Shown piece by piece: positions 19,801 to 33,113 of a stretch of 64,000 nucleotides of DNA (position 1 is its first letter; every line of letters starts with the position of its first letter). Made by a program: the position numbers and the translations under genes. The notes below the pieces were generated by a model. It did not search any database, was not told the origin of the DNA, and was given only the letters and a program-made list of their open reading frames with translations. The DNA is from Balanoglossus misakiensis (Eukaryota; Animalia; Hemichordata). Where the stretch lies: the NCBI GenBank assembly GCA_040954595.2, contig CM082580.2, positions 13,442,242 through 13,506,241 of the forward strand, read 5' to 3'.

Positions 19801-20521
19801 CATATAAAAGTCACGACCTTCATTTGCGCTTGGTCTCACCTAAGTAGACAAAAATCGGCAAGATAAAATCAAATGCAAATTCACAAAAGAAAATGCTTAA
19901 AATTGTCAAATCAAAAAAACAAAACATCAAACCACAAGCAATGATAAAGCGGGGAGTCGCCTGAACTGCACATGCGCGACTTTTTTGGTTTCCGTCAAAA
20001 ATATGGCAACCGACTGAATGAATGCGCGCGCACCAGTGTCATAAATATTAATCGGTCGCTGGATCACCTCAGACGTTTAATATGAAATAGCAAACCAACT
20101 GATGCGGACTATCTTTTATTTCAGATAAACTGCGCACTGACGAACAGGACGATAAGAAATCCAGCAATTCTGTACACGCTTGCGAGGTAACACAGCTGCC
20201 TTCAAAATCAAGCAAAGACGGCACAAGCCGTTCAGCTCACAGGAAATCTAAGAAACATGAAAGAGGTAATTTAAACAATTTCTACATAGTATTGATTTCG
20301 ACTGCAAAGGTCATAGTTCCACTGTATATGAAACATGGATAGATATATCAAAACATTGAACAGAAACGATGGTATTAATATTTATTATTATTACATGTAT
20401 TAATATTATTATCATAGAACATGCAAAGAGGAAGAGTTCAAGCTCATCACCAACATCTGACGTCACGCCAAAAGACTCATCAAATCCTGCTGAACCGTCG
20501 CAGTATGAAACCACAACGTAG
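16865..20521 (+). CDS. TRIM-like RING finger/coiled-coil protein (putative E3 ligase) with no recognisable B-box
   Basis: C3HC4 RING (CCVCAEVFDDPVMLYCGHDLCRKC...CPECR) followed by LPRNFRLQNL. Exons approx. 16865-17215, 17726-17821 (96 nt), 17961-18194 (234 nt), 18656-18678 (23 nt), 19272-19394, 20124-20265, 20418-20521. The 96/~231/23-nt series is typical of TRIM coiled-coil exons. Confidence 0.8.
19423..19492. repeat. (TAATG)n pentanucleotide microsatellite
   Basis: About 14 tandem copies read directly in a TRIM intron. Confidence 0.95.
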
Positions 20522-21556
20522 GCGCCAAAAATGTCTTCCACTTTTGAGTTCCTCGCTAGCACTTTCCTGATAAGAAATTTGCTCCAATGTTTTGCCACCT
20601 AGATATTTAATTAAATATATTTGTAGAGTAGGTTGCTTTAGTTGGCAAATGACAAACTAGCTAGTCAAGTATTATTTTATGCGTTTGCAAAATGTTTACC
20701 AAAGACAATATTTACTTTAAAAAATAGTTATCAATTGCCATGAGAATGAGGTTTGACTTTATACTCGACAGCGTCTTGCATATATATATTTAAGTGAACT
20801 AGATGCTGTGACCGTTCAAAACAACACTACCTGACAATTGCGCAATTTTATCAGCAGAGGAAGGCGCTGTGATTGGCTATAGCAGCACCACCTGACATTT
20901 CCGCCATTGTCTCAACGTGCACAAGATCAGGTGAATTCTGATTACTTGGTTGTGTTCGATATGGGTGTCATTCTGGAGCATCCGTGATTTAGATAAGGTG
21001 TCAAGGGGCTGTAATTACTCACATATATTTGTTAATTTTTTATCCCTGTTTATTTTACCAATATTTTCGGATATAAAGGGGAATAATTTGAATTTCTGGC
21101 GCTGGTATTTACTTGTAAACACCATCGCCGGAATTATTTCGTATGGTTCTTCGTTCACCGTTGGGGGCGTTCATGATGAGAAACCTGTTGCACAGGCCAA
21201 CTCCGGGCAGTAGCCTAAAAGGCTAAAGAATCATCCGATTTCGAACTCGATTCTTACTGAAACATGTCCTGCCTGTAGAACTGATATTCCCCTTTTGTTT
21301 CAAGGCAAAAATAACAAACTAGTTAATGGCCCACAATGCATGATTTGCATATACATATACATGTATATTGCCCGCACCTTCATCCGCTTGCCCTTATATA
21401 TCCAAGACTTGATTACCACACGTAACACATCACACCCTGTATGGAATATTGGTGATTACGAACCAGCACTGCCGGCCGTCAGAACATCAAAATAGTATCA
21501 ACGTCGCTGATCTCGTCAGTAAGTCGTAGGTTGCCAATCTGGTTTTGACTCCCGAA

Positions 21557-22753
21557 ATGCCGTCAAATGAAGACGTCCTCGACAAACTCTGGAACAACAT
21601 CAGCCTGAAGGAAACGGAGATAGGCTACACCCTATTGACCACAGTCGCGGATGACGACTACGACCCCATACAACCGTCACCGGATGATTTGACGGACTTG
21701 TTCAAACCCGAACAGAGAAGTCGAGATTTCGTCGACAAAGTCGGGGATGTTTTCCAGCTCCTGAAGAAATCCTTCTCCGGTGTGCTGCTTTCTCTTTTGC
21801 GGGGAATGACGTTTGCAGCAGCGGGCTTTCTTGTCGTTTACGCCACCAAACAAGGAATACCCTACATCCAGTTGCTCTTCATCGAGAACGTCACTATCAT
21901 AGTCGTCCTCTGTCCGTGTATACTTGCATACCGCCTGGACGTGATCGGAGAAAGCCTGAAATGTTGCATCATGACCATAAGCTCCGCATTTTTTCTGAGT
22001 CTGGCGTCCATCGCGTTTCCAGCGTCGCTGGTACTGATCTCCTTGCAGAGCACGTCGGCAATTATTGGCGGTATAAAACCAATACTGACGGCTCTGTTGG
22101 CGGGGATATTTTTATCCGAGCCCTGGACCCTGTTGGACGCGTTCTGCTACTTGTTGAACGTCACCGGAATATTGATGCTAACTCTTCCGTCGCTGATCTT
22201 CTCCGAGGATCCCAGGATTGACGAACTTGTAGAAGACGAGAAAGCTTACACGGACCGAGTGGTTGGCCTAACGTTGGCTGCTCTGTCGGCCGTTGCGTTT
22301 GCTCTGTCGGCCATACTGGCGCGGGCATTGAAAAGTAGCGTGAATTCTATCGTTCTTCTGTTTTATCGGGGGCTTTTCGGATTCTTCATCAGTTCTTTTC
22401 TGATCTTCTTCCTCGGGAGCCCGTCGTGGCACTGGACAAGACCGATGTACGCGATCATGGTTGGCGAATCTATTCTCATCATAATCTCGGCGTGGTCTTT
22501 CTTCCGCAGTCTGCAGTTGGAGACTGCAACCAAAGTGGTGCTGCTGACGAACGCTCAGCTGGTGGTTGGCTATGTGGTCCAGGTCTGCGTGCTTGGCTTC
22601 GCCACCTCGCTGAAAGACGCACTGGCGGCAACATTGATATCCGTGAGTTTGGTCTCCGTAGCCTTGGTGACGGCGGTGAGGAATCTCAAACGTCAGAAAT
22701 TATTATCAGCAGTGACGAACACGACGAAAACAACGCACGGAAAAAACTTTTGA
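21557..22753 (+). CDS. Intronless SLC35G-like / EamA (DMT superfamily) multi-pass transporter
   Basis: ORF of about 398 aa from ATG 21557 with about 10 hydrophobic segments in two EamA-like halves (PILTALLAGIFLSEPW; GLTLAALSAVAFALSAILARAL; FRSLQLETATKVVLL) and an acidic N-terminal tail. Confidence 0.8.
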   Translation: MPSNEDVLDKLWNNISLKETEIGYTLLTTVADDDYDPIQPSPDDLTDLFKPEQRSRDFVDKVGDVFQLLKKSFSGVLLSLLRGMTFAAAGFLVVYATKQGIPYIQLLFIENVTIIVVLCPCILAYRLDVIGESLKCCIMTISSAFFLSLASIAFPASLVLISLQSTSAIIGGIKPILTALLAGIFLSEPWTLLDAFCYLLNVTGILMLTLPSLIFSEDPRIDELVEDEKAYTDRVVGLTLAALSAVAFALSAILARALKSSVNSIVLLFYRGLFGFFISSFLIFFLGSPSWHWTRPMYAIMVGESILIIISAWSFFRSLQLETATKVVLLTNAQLVVGYVVQVCVLGFATSLKDALAATLISVSLVSVALVTAVRNLKRQKLLSAVTNTTKTTHGKNF

Positions 22754-24346
22754 ATGGTAGGATTGAGGCCCGTCATGTTAGTGTAGCAGTCAAACACTAT
22801 GGGATGATCAGACTGCGACACTCAACTCGTCCAGCAACTATAAGCAGAGACTCGTGTGGCGAACCAGCAACAGCGGGTGCAAGGGTGGCGACTCCTGAAA
22901 GGTTGAAAATCTCCCTGCCTTCTATCAATGACTTCACCTGACGTCTTGGTTTGGCATCGTGACCACCTTTCTTTCAAGTTGCTCTGAAGAACAGCATGCA
23001 CTGAGCGCTATAAGCTGATAGGCAAGGGTCGCTGCCTTTAATCCTTACCACCATATTATTCTGGTCACACTCTCCACACATGCGTTTTGGTGCAGCCCGG
23101 TGTCTCTCGGCGATCACCAGCGAGGCGTGCACCGCTAACTACCAGCATACGTGGCCATCACAGCTCCAATCAATAACAATGTACCAGTCTCTTTGTAGGT
23201 TGTAACGGTAATAACAAGGTGATAATGTTTACAGCAGCACTGGAATTGTAGGTGATAATGCGATTCATCTTTTCACGCTCATGCCCTCATTAAACCCAAG
23301 AAAACGTTTACGTACCAGTCGCAGATGTCTTTTGTTCGTTTCGGACCCTCGTCACTCTTCAGTCATCCAGATGACTTCCATACCGGTGTCTAGTCTGAAT
23401 TAGGGCAAACCTATACTGGTAGGCCCCTTGTATGCCGACTTCGCCAACACGCTGTCATCAATCTTCAATTAGGCGTTTGATGATCAACTTATGACATGAA
23501 TTTGTCTTACAGTTGTCTGTGCACAGACGTATCGCTTACAGTATCACTAACCCCATCTCATCTCAACAAAGAATAGAAGTCCCCGCTACTGTATTTCCCT
23601 TCACGTGTAATTTCCCTATCACGGTTTTGATTCCCAGTGAATACAGGTTAAAGCTTGGCAGAAACCATTGAACTTGAAGAAACACAGCAGCTGTGATACA
23701 CGATAGTGGCCGTAAAACACCGAGTGAGTTTGAACCCGGTAATAAACCCGGGTGTAAACTTTGACGTCCAAACTTCAAACGCTATTATTAGAACTATAAC
23801 AATTTTACCATCTCAATCGATGGCGTTGAAGAATTCGTTGGCGATAAAAGAAGTACATATGCGGTCGCATAATTGAAACAATCCCAAAAATGGGGCAACG
23901 GACAAATTTAAAAAAATACACCAATGTTGATATATGTATGAAACAGTCCTTTTAATTTCTTTACCATCGGTAAAGAGCAAAAGTTCAAAAATGTCAATCA
24001 ATATTTTCAACATACCATTTATGTTATATTTTGTCAGTTGTTTTAATTTCTCAGTTGCATGCTATTTACTCTCCCTATTCGATCATAGCACAGTAACTTA
24101 TGCACAGCAATTCCTTTCAATAACTGGCGTTCTAAAACATGGGCCTAAATAATCAGCAAAGGGGCTAATTCTTCACCGCCTAATTGACCAGCAATTAGCA
24201 AGGTGTTTAGCCTATATAGCATTCTCCCTACATATCAGCCTCTGTGCTTTCCTATAGAAGCACACAACCGCTACGTCACGCAACCATTTCATTTGCAGTT
24301 TCACCTTTGAATTTGAAAGAAACCTTGATGTGATGTACAGTACACT

Positions 24347-27300
24347 TCAGGCATAACCCACAGCATCTATGCTGATGGCGTTCAGCGGGTTTTGATTGTA
24401 ACTCACCAGGCAAATTGGCCAGTAGAAAACATTGAAAATGACGAACAAAACTGGGAACACCAGTCTGGAACCTTTGTCCACTTTTACGGGGCTTATGTTT
24501 TCTACAATCCAAGTTGCAATGTAATAGTCGCCAGTGTCATTGCCGCTAGACTCTCCAGCTTCTTCTTGTTGGCGACCAGTTCCATTCAGGCTCTCAAGTT
24601 CAATATCATCTTTGCCAGTTGAACCACTCTGCGGCTTCCGCAAAGAAAAAGGAGAGAAGGTTATCGTTGATGACATAGTCCACGCTTGTGTGCATATGTA
24701 AGACAAATATATATGAATTTGACAACAAACCCCGGGGTAATAATCTTTCCAGATAAACCCTCCATGCACCTTTCACTCAAAGAAAACAAGAAGCGATACC
24801 TTCTCAGCAGCTTTCTCACGAAGCACCTGGCGACGCTTCCTCTCTGTAAACAGGTAGTTGACCAGGGCATACTCCGCTAAGGCAGCAAATACGAACACCA
24901 GACAAGTTGTCATCCATACATCGATGGCCTGTAGCAAGTAACAACGTTATAGAGGTTACTATGACATTAGTATCAGACCCAATCACTACGGAAGTCAGTC
25001 AAGGACAAAAGTCAGAACTGCATTTTCAACTCATGACTTCCTAGTTTCGACTCGATATTGCGTTTGTAACTACCGAAGTCCTATTTTGAACACACGTGTA
25101 TGCTCACATACTATGGGTGCCGTTTACCCTTCTTGCTTACCTTGACGTAAGAGACTTTTGGCAAGCCGGCACGTACACCCGCAGCCTGTGAAGTGATGGT
25201 CAAGAGCGTGGTGATCCCCAGGGAAACCCTGGCCGGAACGCTCTCGGGGTTCAACCAGAATGAAAGCCATGAAATGACCACGATGACGCTGGTTGGAATG
25301 TAGGTCTGAATTAAGTGGAAGTCGTATATACGCCGCAGCAGAAAGTACAACCGCAAAGAAGTGAAACTACCTGTTTTAAACCAATAAATACATTCATATT
25401 TGAAAAAAAAATCCACACGTCATAAAACAACAGCTAACCATGTAGTATTCTAACCTACAATGTCTGACTGTCTGACTTCCTACCTGTTGCGTAAGTTTTG
25501 TTGAACTCTACAGTCCTTATCTCTGGATGTCTAAATTCTGCAATCTCAATTTCATCGTTGATGTCAACACCTTCGTCTTCCTTCCAGTGAAAAAGTAGAT
25601 CGTGAACACGAAATCCATCTACAGAGCGGGAAAATTAAGAAGTAATGAACGACAAAATGCGAGCCATGCACCTCTCTATGAATTGAAGCGAGAGTTTTAA
25701 TCACCCAAGGCCCTAAAATCATTTGACATAGCTATTACACTTCAATTTTGGATAACCAGGAAAGGTCTATACATGTATATACTTACAGCTTTCCATGGAT
25801 AGATGACAGAGTTGTACATCCATGGGATAGTATCGCAGATCCATGTTACAGGATAAAGTCAGACTTACCCTGTGTGAAGGACATAGAGACACAGTGGGAG
25901 CATCAGCTATTTCGTGAACGCCGAGATGAGAAAGGGAGCAAAAAACTTGTAGGCCCTAATGTCGAATCTCGAACAAATCCTAACATTTCCTAGGTTACTG
26001 TCGAAATGACATTCCTTTGCGATTTAAAAAAAATATTCCTTAATTGTAGTGAGGAGATTTCCAAATTTATCATGTTGGACACACCTCATGCTTAGCAAGA
26101 CATCGCCATTTGGGTAAATACGAAGAGCTTCGTTCTTGACCGTCAATTGGTGTATTTTGCCTTCTTTTTCATTGGCAAAGAACATATCCGGTACCCATAG
26201 TTTATCCACCATTTGCGGGTTCACACTCAGACTATGGTTTGCAGTTCCGTTGTACTCTAACCGAGGGTCGTTCCACTCTTGCCTTATAAAAGCCATTAAA
26301 TTAAAGTCCTGTAAGAACAAATAGATTTGTGTTCCTTTAATCTAACCTTCTTTTTTTCTGGGGTTGTCTCCAGCATATATAGTAACATGTAGATAGCACT
26401 GTTAAAGGTATAGGTCACGTGACGTGAGTTGAGACGCGTCAGAGCAAAGTTTTCGCTGCTGATTGGTTGGAGCCACCTGGACCACCTCCACTTGGAATTT
26501 TACGTCTAACCGTCCCTGCATTTTCATAAGTGACGGCCACGCCGCTGGACGTAGGACGCGTTTAGATGAAAGTGAGGAAAACCCTGCCCAAAACAGAGAG
26601 TTTCTCCGCTCGATAGTTTTCATGAAGACCGCGGTAAGTAAAGTAACAGAAGTAGACATAGTTACTCCATTTTTGACCAGAAACATGGGTTATTCTGTGG
26701 TGAATTACGGACATTTAAAAAGCCAGACGTGTACACCACAGAATTGAAAATTTGGATGCGTCACCGTCAGACAGCTCGAGTCAGAGCTTCCCTGCGTTTT
26801 CATTCACAAATTCTACCCTTTCGGGTTACTCAACTTGAGATGTTGGTCCAAGTTATTTATGGTTTCTAAACTTTGAAATTAAATTTTTCAATGAACTAGA
26901 TTGAAATGAAATACTTGTCTGTATCATTTTAGTATCCCAACACTGCCTTGATGTTGAGATCATTTAAACAGGTAAGGTCAAAGGTCGGTCCGTTAATTTG
27001 CAAGTGTCTGAACTCCTAATCCTAATTAGTGAATTCAAAAGGAAGCGATGGGAAGGGGGACTTTGGCGTACGTCGCTGAGGGCGTCATAATATTCAGCAA
27101 TCAGTACTGAAGCTTTCCGTGCTAATTTTCAGTGACCAGAACGGGCCCCCATAGGTCATGCATGTACTTTTTTGAGAAAGAAGGGTTCGGAGAAGTCAAA
27201 GAAATTAATCTGGAAGGACCAAAACAAGCATGCACAAGCAGACACTCTGCACTTAGTAAGTCAATTCAAGATTCCGTCTGAGGAGTTATAAAATGTTCAT

Positions 27301-30300
27301 TACCATTGTTGCAGCAACAGAACTGAAACCACTGATGACGTAGATGCTGGTAGCTACAATGACAGGTGGCCCTGTAGATAGAACAAAATTTTACACATAT
27401 TGCAAGTGTTGATTTTTGTATCATCTTACAGAGACTTACGCGCAGCATTACATGCACAGTTGGTGTTTGCAGAGTTCATTTTACAACTCACCGTCGTTGT
27501 TTGGTCGAATTCTCGAATCGTAGGTCTTATCCAACGCATCCAACATTGCAGTTAAACCCGAAGTTGTGCCATTACCTCGGGCGGGAGTCGGGGTTTGCTC
27601 GGCAGTATTGCTCTCGTCGCCGGCGTCTCGAGGTAGCCTTCGTCTAGAACGACAGAAAAGATACATTATGAATCATTGTAACTAAGAATAGTATAGCAAA
27701 TGATGCCCTGTATATTTTTCATATAAATTAAATTATTTAGTGCACGTGTTGCTCAAGGACATAACTGTAATATGGTGTCAGACATGTTTAACAAATAAAT
27801 AAGTAAAGAGATAACAGACCCCAAGCATACTTAGAACCAATATTTTTAAAGCCCAACAAAACACACAGTCATAGGAGAACTGGGTGTGGGAGCGACTGTG
27901 AAGAGCGAGACCGTTATTGTTTTGATTCTCACGTTCTGTTGACTAATCCCAATCCCACGGGAAAGATATTACACCCTAATCCAATTTTGTCATTTATTCT
28001 ACACCTACCATTCAGCATAAATCAATCTTGTAATGGACCTATCACGCTAGATTGCCTGGTCGTACATTCTAATCATTTATGCGGACATTTTATTACACAC
28101 ATTCATCATGATGAGGTTATGTAGCTCAATAAGTGAGCCATGCGACCTTGCGAACGGTGCTTCTCCACTGGGAATGAACGCTCATGTTGAAGTCTCAACA
28201 GTCTTTGCTCTTTTCGTGTGCTTGACTTATTTGCACACAGTCAAGCAGAACCGATCAGGTGGTTCTGCGTTTTGAGACCAACTGATTAATTGAAAGGCGC
28301 GCCGAATCATGAGACGTCTTTATCATCCCCACCTTTATCGAGTCAGATTTTTGCCGCAAGGACGTTAGCGTTAATGTAATCGTTTACATGTAATGGATTT
28401 AATTTTTAGAAATGTGTAGCGTGACAATCAACAACATTATACGTTTTCATGGAAATTGTCCAAAAACAACAAATTCCCGACTTTGTCAGATTTGGACATT
28501 TTTCATTCGAGTTATAGATCATAAAAATGTACATCGAATCATGCAATCATTAATGCCATTAAAGTCACGTCGAGAGTGCCATTTTATATCTGTTAGAAAA
28601 TTGCGTCATGTACAGTGAGATAGTGTTGGATGTGTCTAGGAATTCATCGCCATATTAAATTCTATATTCTGTTATTGCCTAATTTCAGCACGCATTCTGA
28701 CTCGACGCAAGAAGATATTTTAGCTTCTTCTTTACTGATGTTTACAAAGTATGTCCACACAGAGACCATATTTCCATGGCAACTCTATGCATCCAACCCG
28801 GGAAACAACCATATGTGTTCACAATCTTGTTTTCGAGAAAGTCCGACTCGGCTGTCGATAATTTCCCTATGGAGTGTGGTCTTAAATCAAACACACCTAT
28901 TAAACCGGCTTACAGCTTTTTGACGTTGCTTGCGGCACAGCTGTGTGAAATACACGGGACCTAATCCCTGAATGCAAATCATATGACATTCATGTTCTTT
29001 TTGGCAACCAAATATAAAGTGTGCCTGGCCTGTCTGGTAACGTGTACAAAATGGATGATTGGTTTATGTGAGGTAAAACACTGTCTTTCCTTCAAATGGC
29101 GAAAATGACCTTTCCAACTTTCACAAATACGTACCATGCGATTAGAACATTATAAAAGCAAATATATAGCTATAAAATGTCCTTTCATGAGTCAGTCAAT
29201 ATTACTTTTGGTTTCAAACGGGAACTTTGTTATACACCCTCGTCACGTTTGTGAACGGAAACTTTTTTTGTTTTGTTTAATTGAAAGATGTATAAGCCAT
29301 TAGAATAATGGCGGTGGTAATATAATGGTCAACTGAACACATAATTCCTTATATAAACGTCCTCATTCAAAATGGTTGTTCTTCTTTCTTAAGTTTCTGT
29401 CTCTTATCAATTCCCTGCACTTAAGTTCTCTCATGAATTCAGCGCGTGAAATATTACAACCTTTCAGTTCCCTATTGACGCACTCTGCAGGCAAATCATG
29501 AATGCACAATTCAGTAAGAACGATTTATTCCTGCGATTACATCAAGAGACTGAATAAAGCGCCAAAGAAGAAGTTTAAAATGAGCTTGTTTAACGATTAT
29601 TAAGGAGCATAAAATAAATGTTGTGAATGTTGATTTAAACGTTATCGATTATTACCACCTAGGGCTTGTCGTTAGTCATTTTCATCCAACATGAATCAAC
29701 TTTTTATGATTTCACACAAACACAAAAACTTGACCATGCTATTAAATAATAAAAGTTACTATATATACATAGCAATAATTCACATAACATTTTATAATTT
29801 TCCATGGTGCCTGAGAACCAATCCAACTGTCGCATTTTGATCAAGCATTGTAACAATAAATGCATGACAATTATTCATCAAAAGTTACACATCACCTTTT
29901 CTAATAGACTGCTATGCCAAGTATCATATCACTAAAGTTAGACTTAAAATGACATCCATTGTGGCGACTATACTGATAACGCAAAACACTTACTAAGGTT
30001 TATCCACAATCCACCCCAAAATACTCAAGACCTATTTACAAAGACATGTCTGTGATTATACGACGATGTGCTTGATCGTATTTCTTCCCTCTATAAAATA
30101 AAACTGAACTGTCCATTAAAATTCACCAGAGTAGACCTTGCGCAGGGCTATAACATTTCTCAAAAGCTTTTTATGTGTTGATATTGAGCTAAAATACATA
30201 TATTTACAAAAACAACCTCATTCGGACAGAGCAAATAGACCTCGATATTCGTGACCTTAGGCATATGATATTAAAGCGACCATTCAACTGATATTTCCCC

Positions 30301-30826
30301 GAGGGCAACTTGAGTCGGGGTCTACAAATACTTAGAGAGAAGGTTTGATATAAGCGTCGGGCACTGAACAAACATTCAATTATACCTCGATGAGAAAAGT
30401 TGCACGTTGTACCTGTCAATTGTACGTGTGAATTCTGACATAGCACCACACAGCGTATATCGTATTAGTAATCAATATATTCATCTTCGGTTTCAATGCA
30501 TAGCAGAGAGTGGAATTAAAAAATGACAGCGCGCTGTCGTCGATCCCAGGCTTGGCTAACAATCATGGCTCAATATGTTGCGAATGACTATGATTTATAT
30601 CCGAACAACTGGATGTATTTAATTTAAACGCACCCTTCATTCAAAGACTCGTAGTTCCCATGTTTCATTTGCTGCAAGCGCACGATTTGGAACCTGCGAC
30701 ATGTGCGGCTAGATCATAAGCGAAATCTTACCTTATATCAGCGCAGGAAACGACAGACAACAGAGCTGCAACCACACAGATGAGAACACATACGCTGCCG
30801 CGGTAACCAGGTGTTCCTGGAGCCAT
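24347..30826 (-). CDS. Cys-loop ligand-gated anion channel subunit (GlyR/GABA-A/GluCl superfamily)
   Basis: Exons approx. 30826-30732 (signal peptide MAPGTPGYRGSVCVLICVVAALLSVVSCA), 27643-27492 (YDSRIRPN), 27371-27304, 26308-26085 (FIRQEWNDPRL, LWVPDMFFANEK), 25869-25788 (Cys loop CNMDLRYYPMDVQLC), 25617-25483, 25370-25141 (M1-M2 with PARVSLGITTLLT), 24928-24801 (M3 AIDVW..FVFAALAEYALVNY), and ~24630-24347 (M4 VDKGSRLVFP..FNVFYW). Confidence 0.93.
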
Positions 30827-32298
30827 TTTTTTGCTGCAATCAGATGCCGTCGTTCACTTTGAGGATCTGAAACTACCTGCAGTAGTCAGTACTTATGCAT
30901 TAGTTGACATTTGAACCTACTACAGTTGTAACCTGTTTAAATCATGTCTCTGTCAAGCGCGCCAACAACTCTTGACAAGCGAGGCGTTGCTTCGACTCCA
31001 GTATATCTTGATCGAGCACTGTGATTGGTTCGGACTAAAAATCAGATGGATAATGTTCGCAATTATTTACCTCATGTGAGAAACTGGGCTCTATAAATGT
31101 TGAAGGTGCCGAAACAAAGCTTTGGTAACCGCAGGAAAGATGTACAGTGTATACTTCAAAAATACTGCTGTTGTTTTCACAATCTGGGATGATCGTAAAT
31201 AACATGTATGCATGGATACTATAAACAGAATTGTCATGATTATATGATCATGTAAATTTTCGGCAACACGCTGAAACTCAGAAAAATGATTTACTATCAT
31301 TATTGTATGTTCGCTATTACGGGCTCTTGTAGCCATTATGCAATGGGTAGAAAATAATGTCCAAATGATAAATATTTTAGAGTATTGTGGATGGTGGACA
31401 GGGTTTAATGTTTGTCGTAAAAACTAACAGGCTATACTTGGCGTTTGTAATATGAGTACCGCCGCGGCTCATTTGGTTAAAGTCTGCGTGCATCGAAGTA
31501 TTAAATGCTGAAGAATCGATATTACGCAGTAAAGCACAAAAAGCAGTAGCAGGGCCGAGTGACCTACATTCTTGTGGAATCTTCAGACTGACGTTGTCAT
31601 CCTGCGAATTTGAATCATGTATACTGCCAACCGTGTTAGAACGTGCGCATCACTGAATCCAGACGACCGAGTATTTAGGACGATTAGAGGCCATCATTGT
31701 CACGATTCGCGAAGGGGCCAAGAAGTGGCACCACATCTTACATACAGTCTTCCTTTGGGATGTGGTGTTGACCTTCGTGGGTGAACTCGCTTGCTACAGT
31801 AGGGCTGGGTTCGAATCCCATGGAATGCAAGAGCATGTCCATAATCATGTTGACATGCATGGTAATCCACTTGAAACACTCTGAGTGTATTTGTGCAATG
31901 TGTATTGTCATGGTTATAAATTTGAGTTGACTTTGACATCAATCTTACAAGGTTATGGTGATTTAATAAAAGTTCAAACTTCAATTTCAAAATTTTCTAT
32001 CCATACATCCATCCATCTATTTGGCAGACGTCAGATGTCAACTGAAAGGTTACAGAACCTCCATACTTTCAACTTTCCTGAAACATCATGAAGTAAAATA
32101 AATTGGCAAACATAAATTGTCGTTTATCTAATTTGCCCTTAATAATATAAATGTCCAACTCTTATCAAATCTGATTTATAACTGTACTTTAAATGAGCAT
32201 ATTATGTCAGATTGTAAATTTGACGATTACTAGTTTTTTACGAGAGGCACGTTACTTGCGCGATAATGATATTCTGAGACTAACTCACGCTGTGTAAC

Positions 32299-32333
32299 CA
32301 TAGGGGCCTGGAGAACTTTCTCCAGTGTCTATG
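32299..32333. mobile_element. 35-bp hairpin mini-element flanked by a 7-bp direct repeat
   Basis: gtgtaac|CATAGgggcCTGGAGAActTTCTCCAGtgtCTATG|gtgtaac, with the flanking repeats at 32292-32298 and 32334-32340. Confidence 0.5.
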
Positions 32334-33113
32334 GTGTAACTAAACGTACATAATATACATGTATATTAATCCTTTAAATTGACATCCCTCAATCAGTAAC
32401 TTCGAAGGTCGAATTAGGCCAGCCTTACATCGTTTGGCAACTTAAAACAAGAGTACATGCATGTATGCGCGGTGGCTTTACGTCACTACAATGTATGTCT
32501 GTCAGCGTCGGTGAGATGAAGTGCCCCCAGCCTGCGTGCTGTGCAAACTGAAAAGGCGGCATCCGAGATCAGTCTGCCGCTGGACTTTGTCGGAATGTCA
32601 ACGACGTTCGTTCGTGTTTGACCCACAGAAGGCATAAATATAAACGTCGCATAGAATTCTGATGTCGCGCTGAGGCGGCAGTGAAGGACAGTGAAGGTCA
32701 ACAAGCCTACAACTTGATTGTCACCATTACTGCTGCAGAATTGGGTGAAGGGCAGTATTTTGTTACTTGCTACATAAAAATAGTGCAGCTAATTCTGTCC
32801 CTGCATGATTCCATGCACTCGTTAGATTAGGTTTCCTGCAGCGCTGTCCTGAGAGAAAATATTTACCAAAATACCACAGATACCCTTCTGCAGCCTGCAC
32901 TGAACAGACCTTCCTTTGACCATCAACCTAAAACTGCCATCACTGAATTATATGTCTCCAAAGAAAAAGACACGTGGCTAAAAAGAAAAAAATACGACAA
33001 TTTATTCATACTGATTTCACTTTATTCTGCGGAAATAATACTGAAATCTGTAATCTCAATTTTGTGAGAACATAATCAGTGGTGTTGAAATACCGTAGAT
33101 ATTTGACGACATG

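Noticed and set aside
21916-22941. Overlapping 101-aa and 171-aa ORFs in the SLC35G-like gene
   Set aside because: Alternative frames of a GC-rich CDS with non-ATG starts and no recognisable domain.
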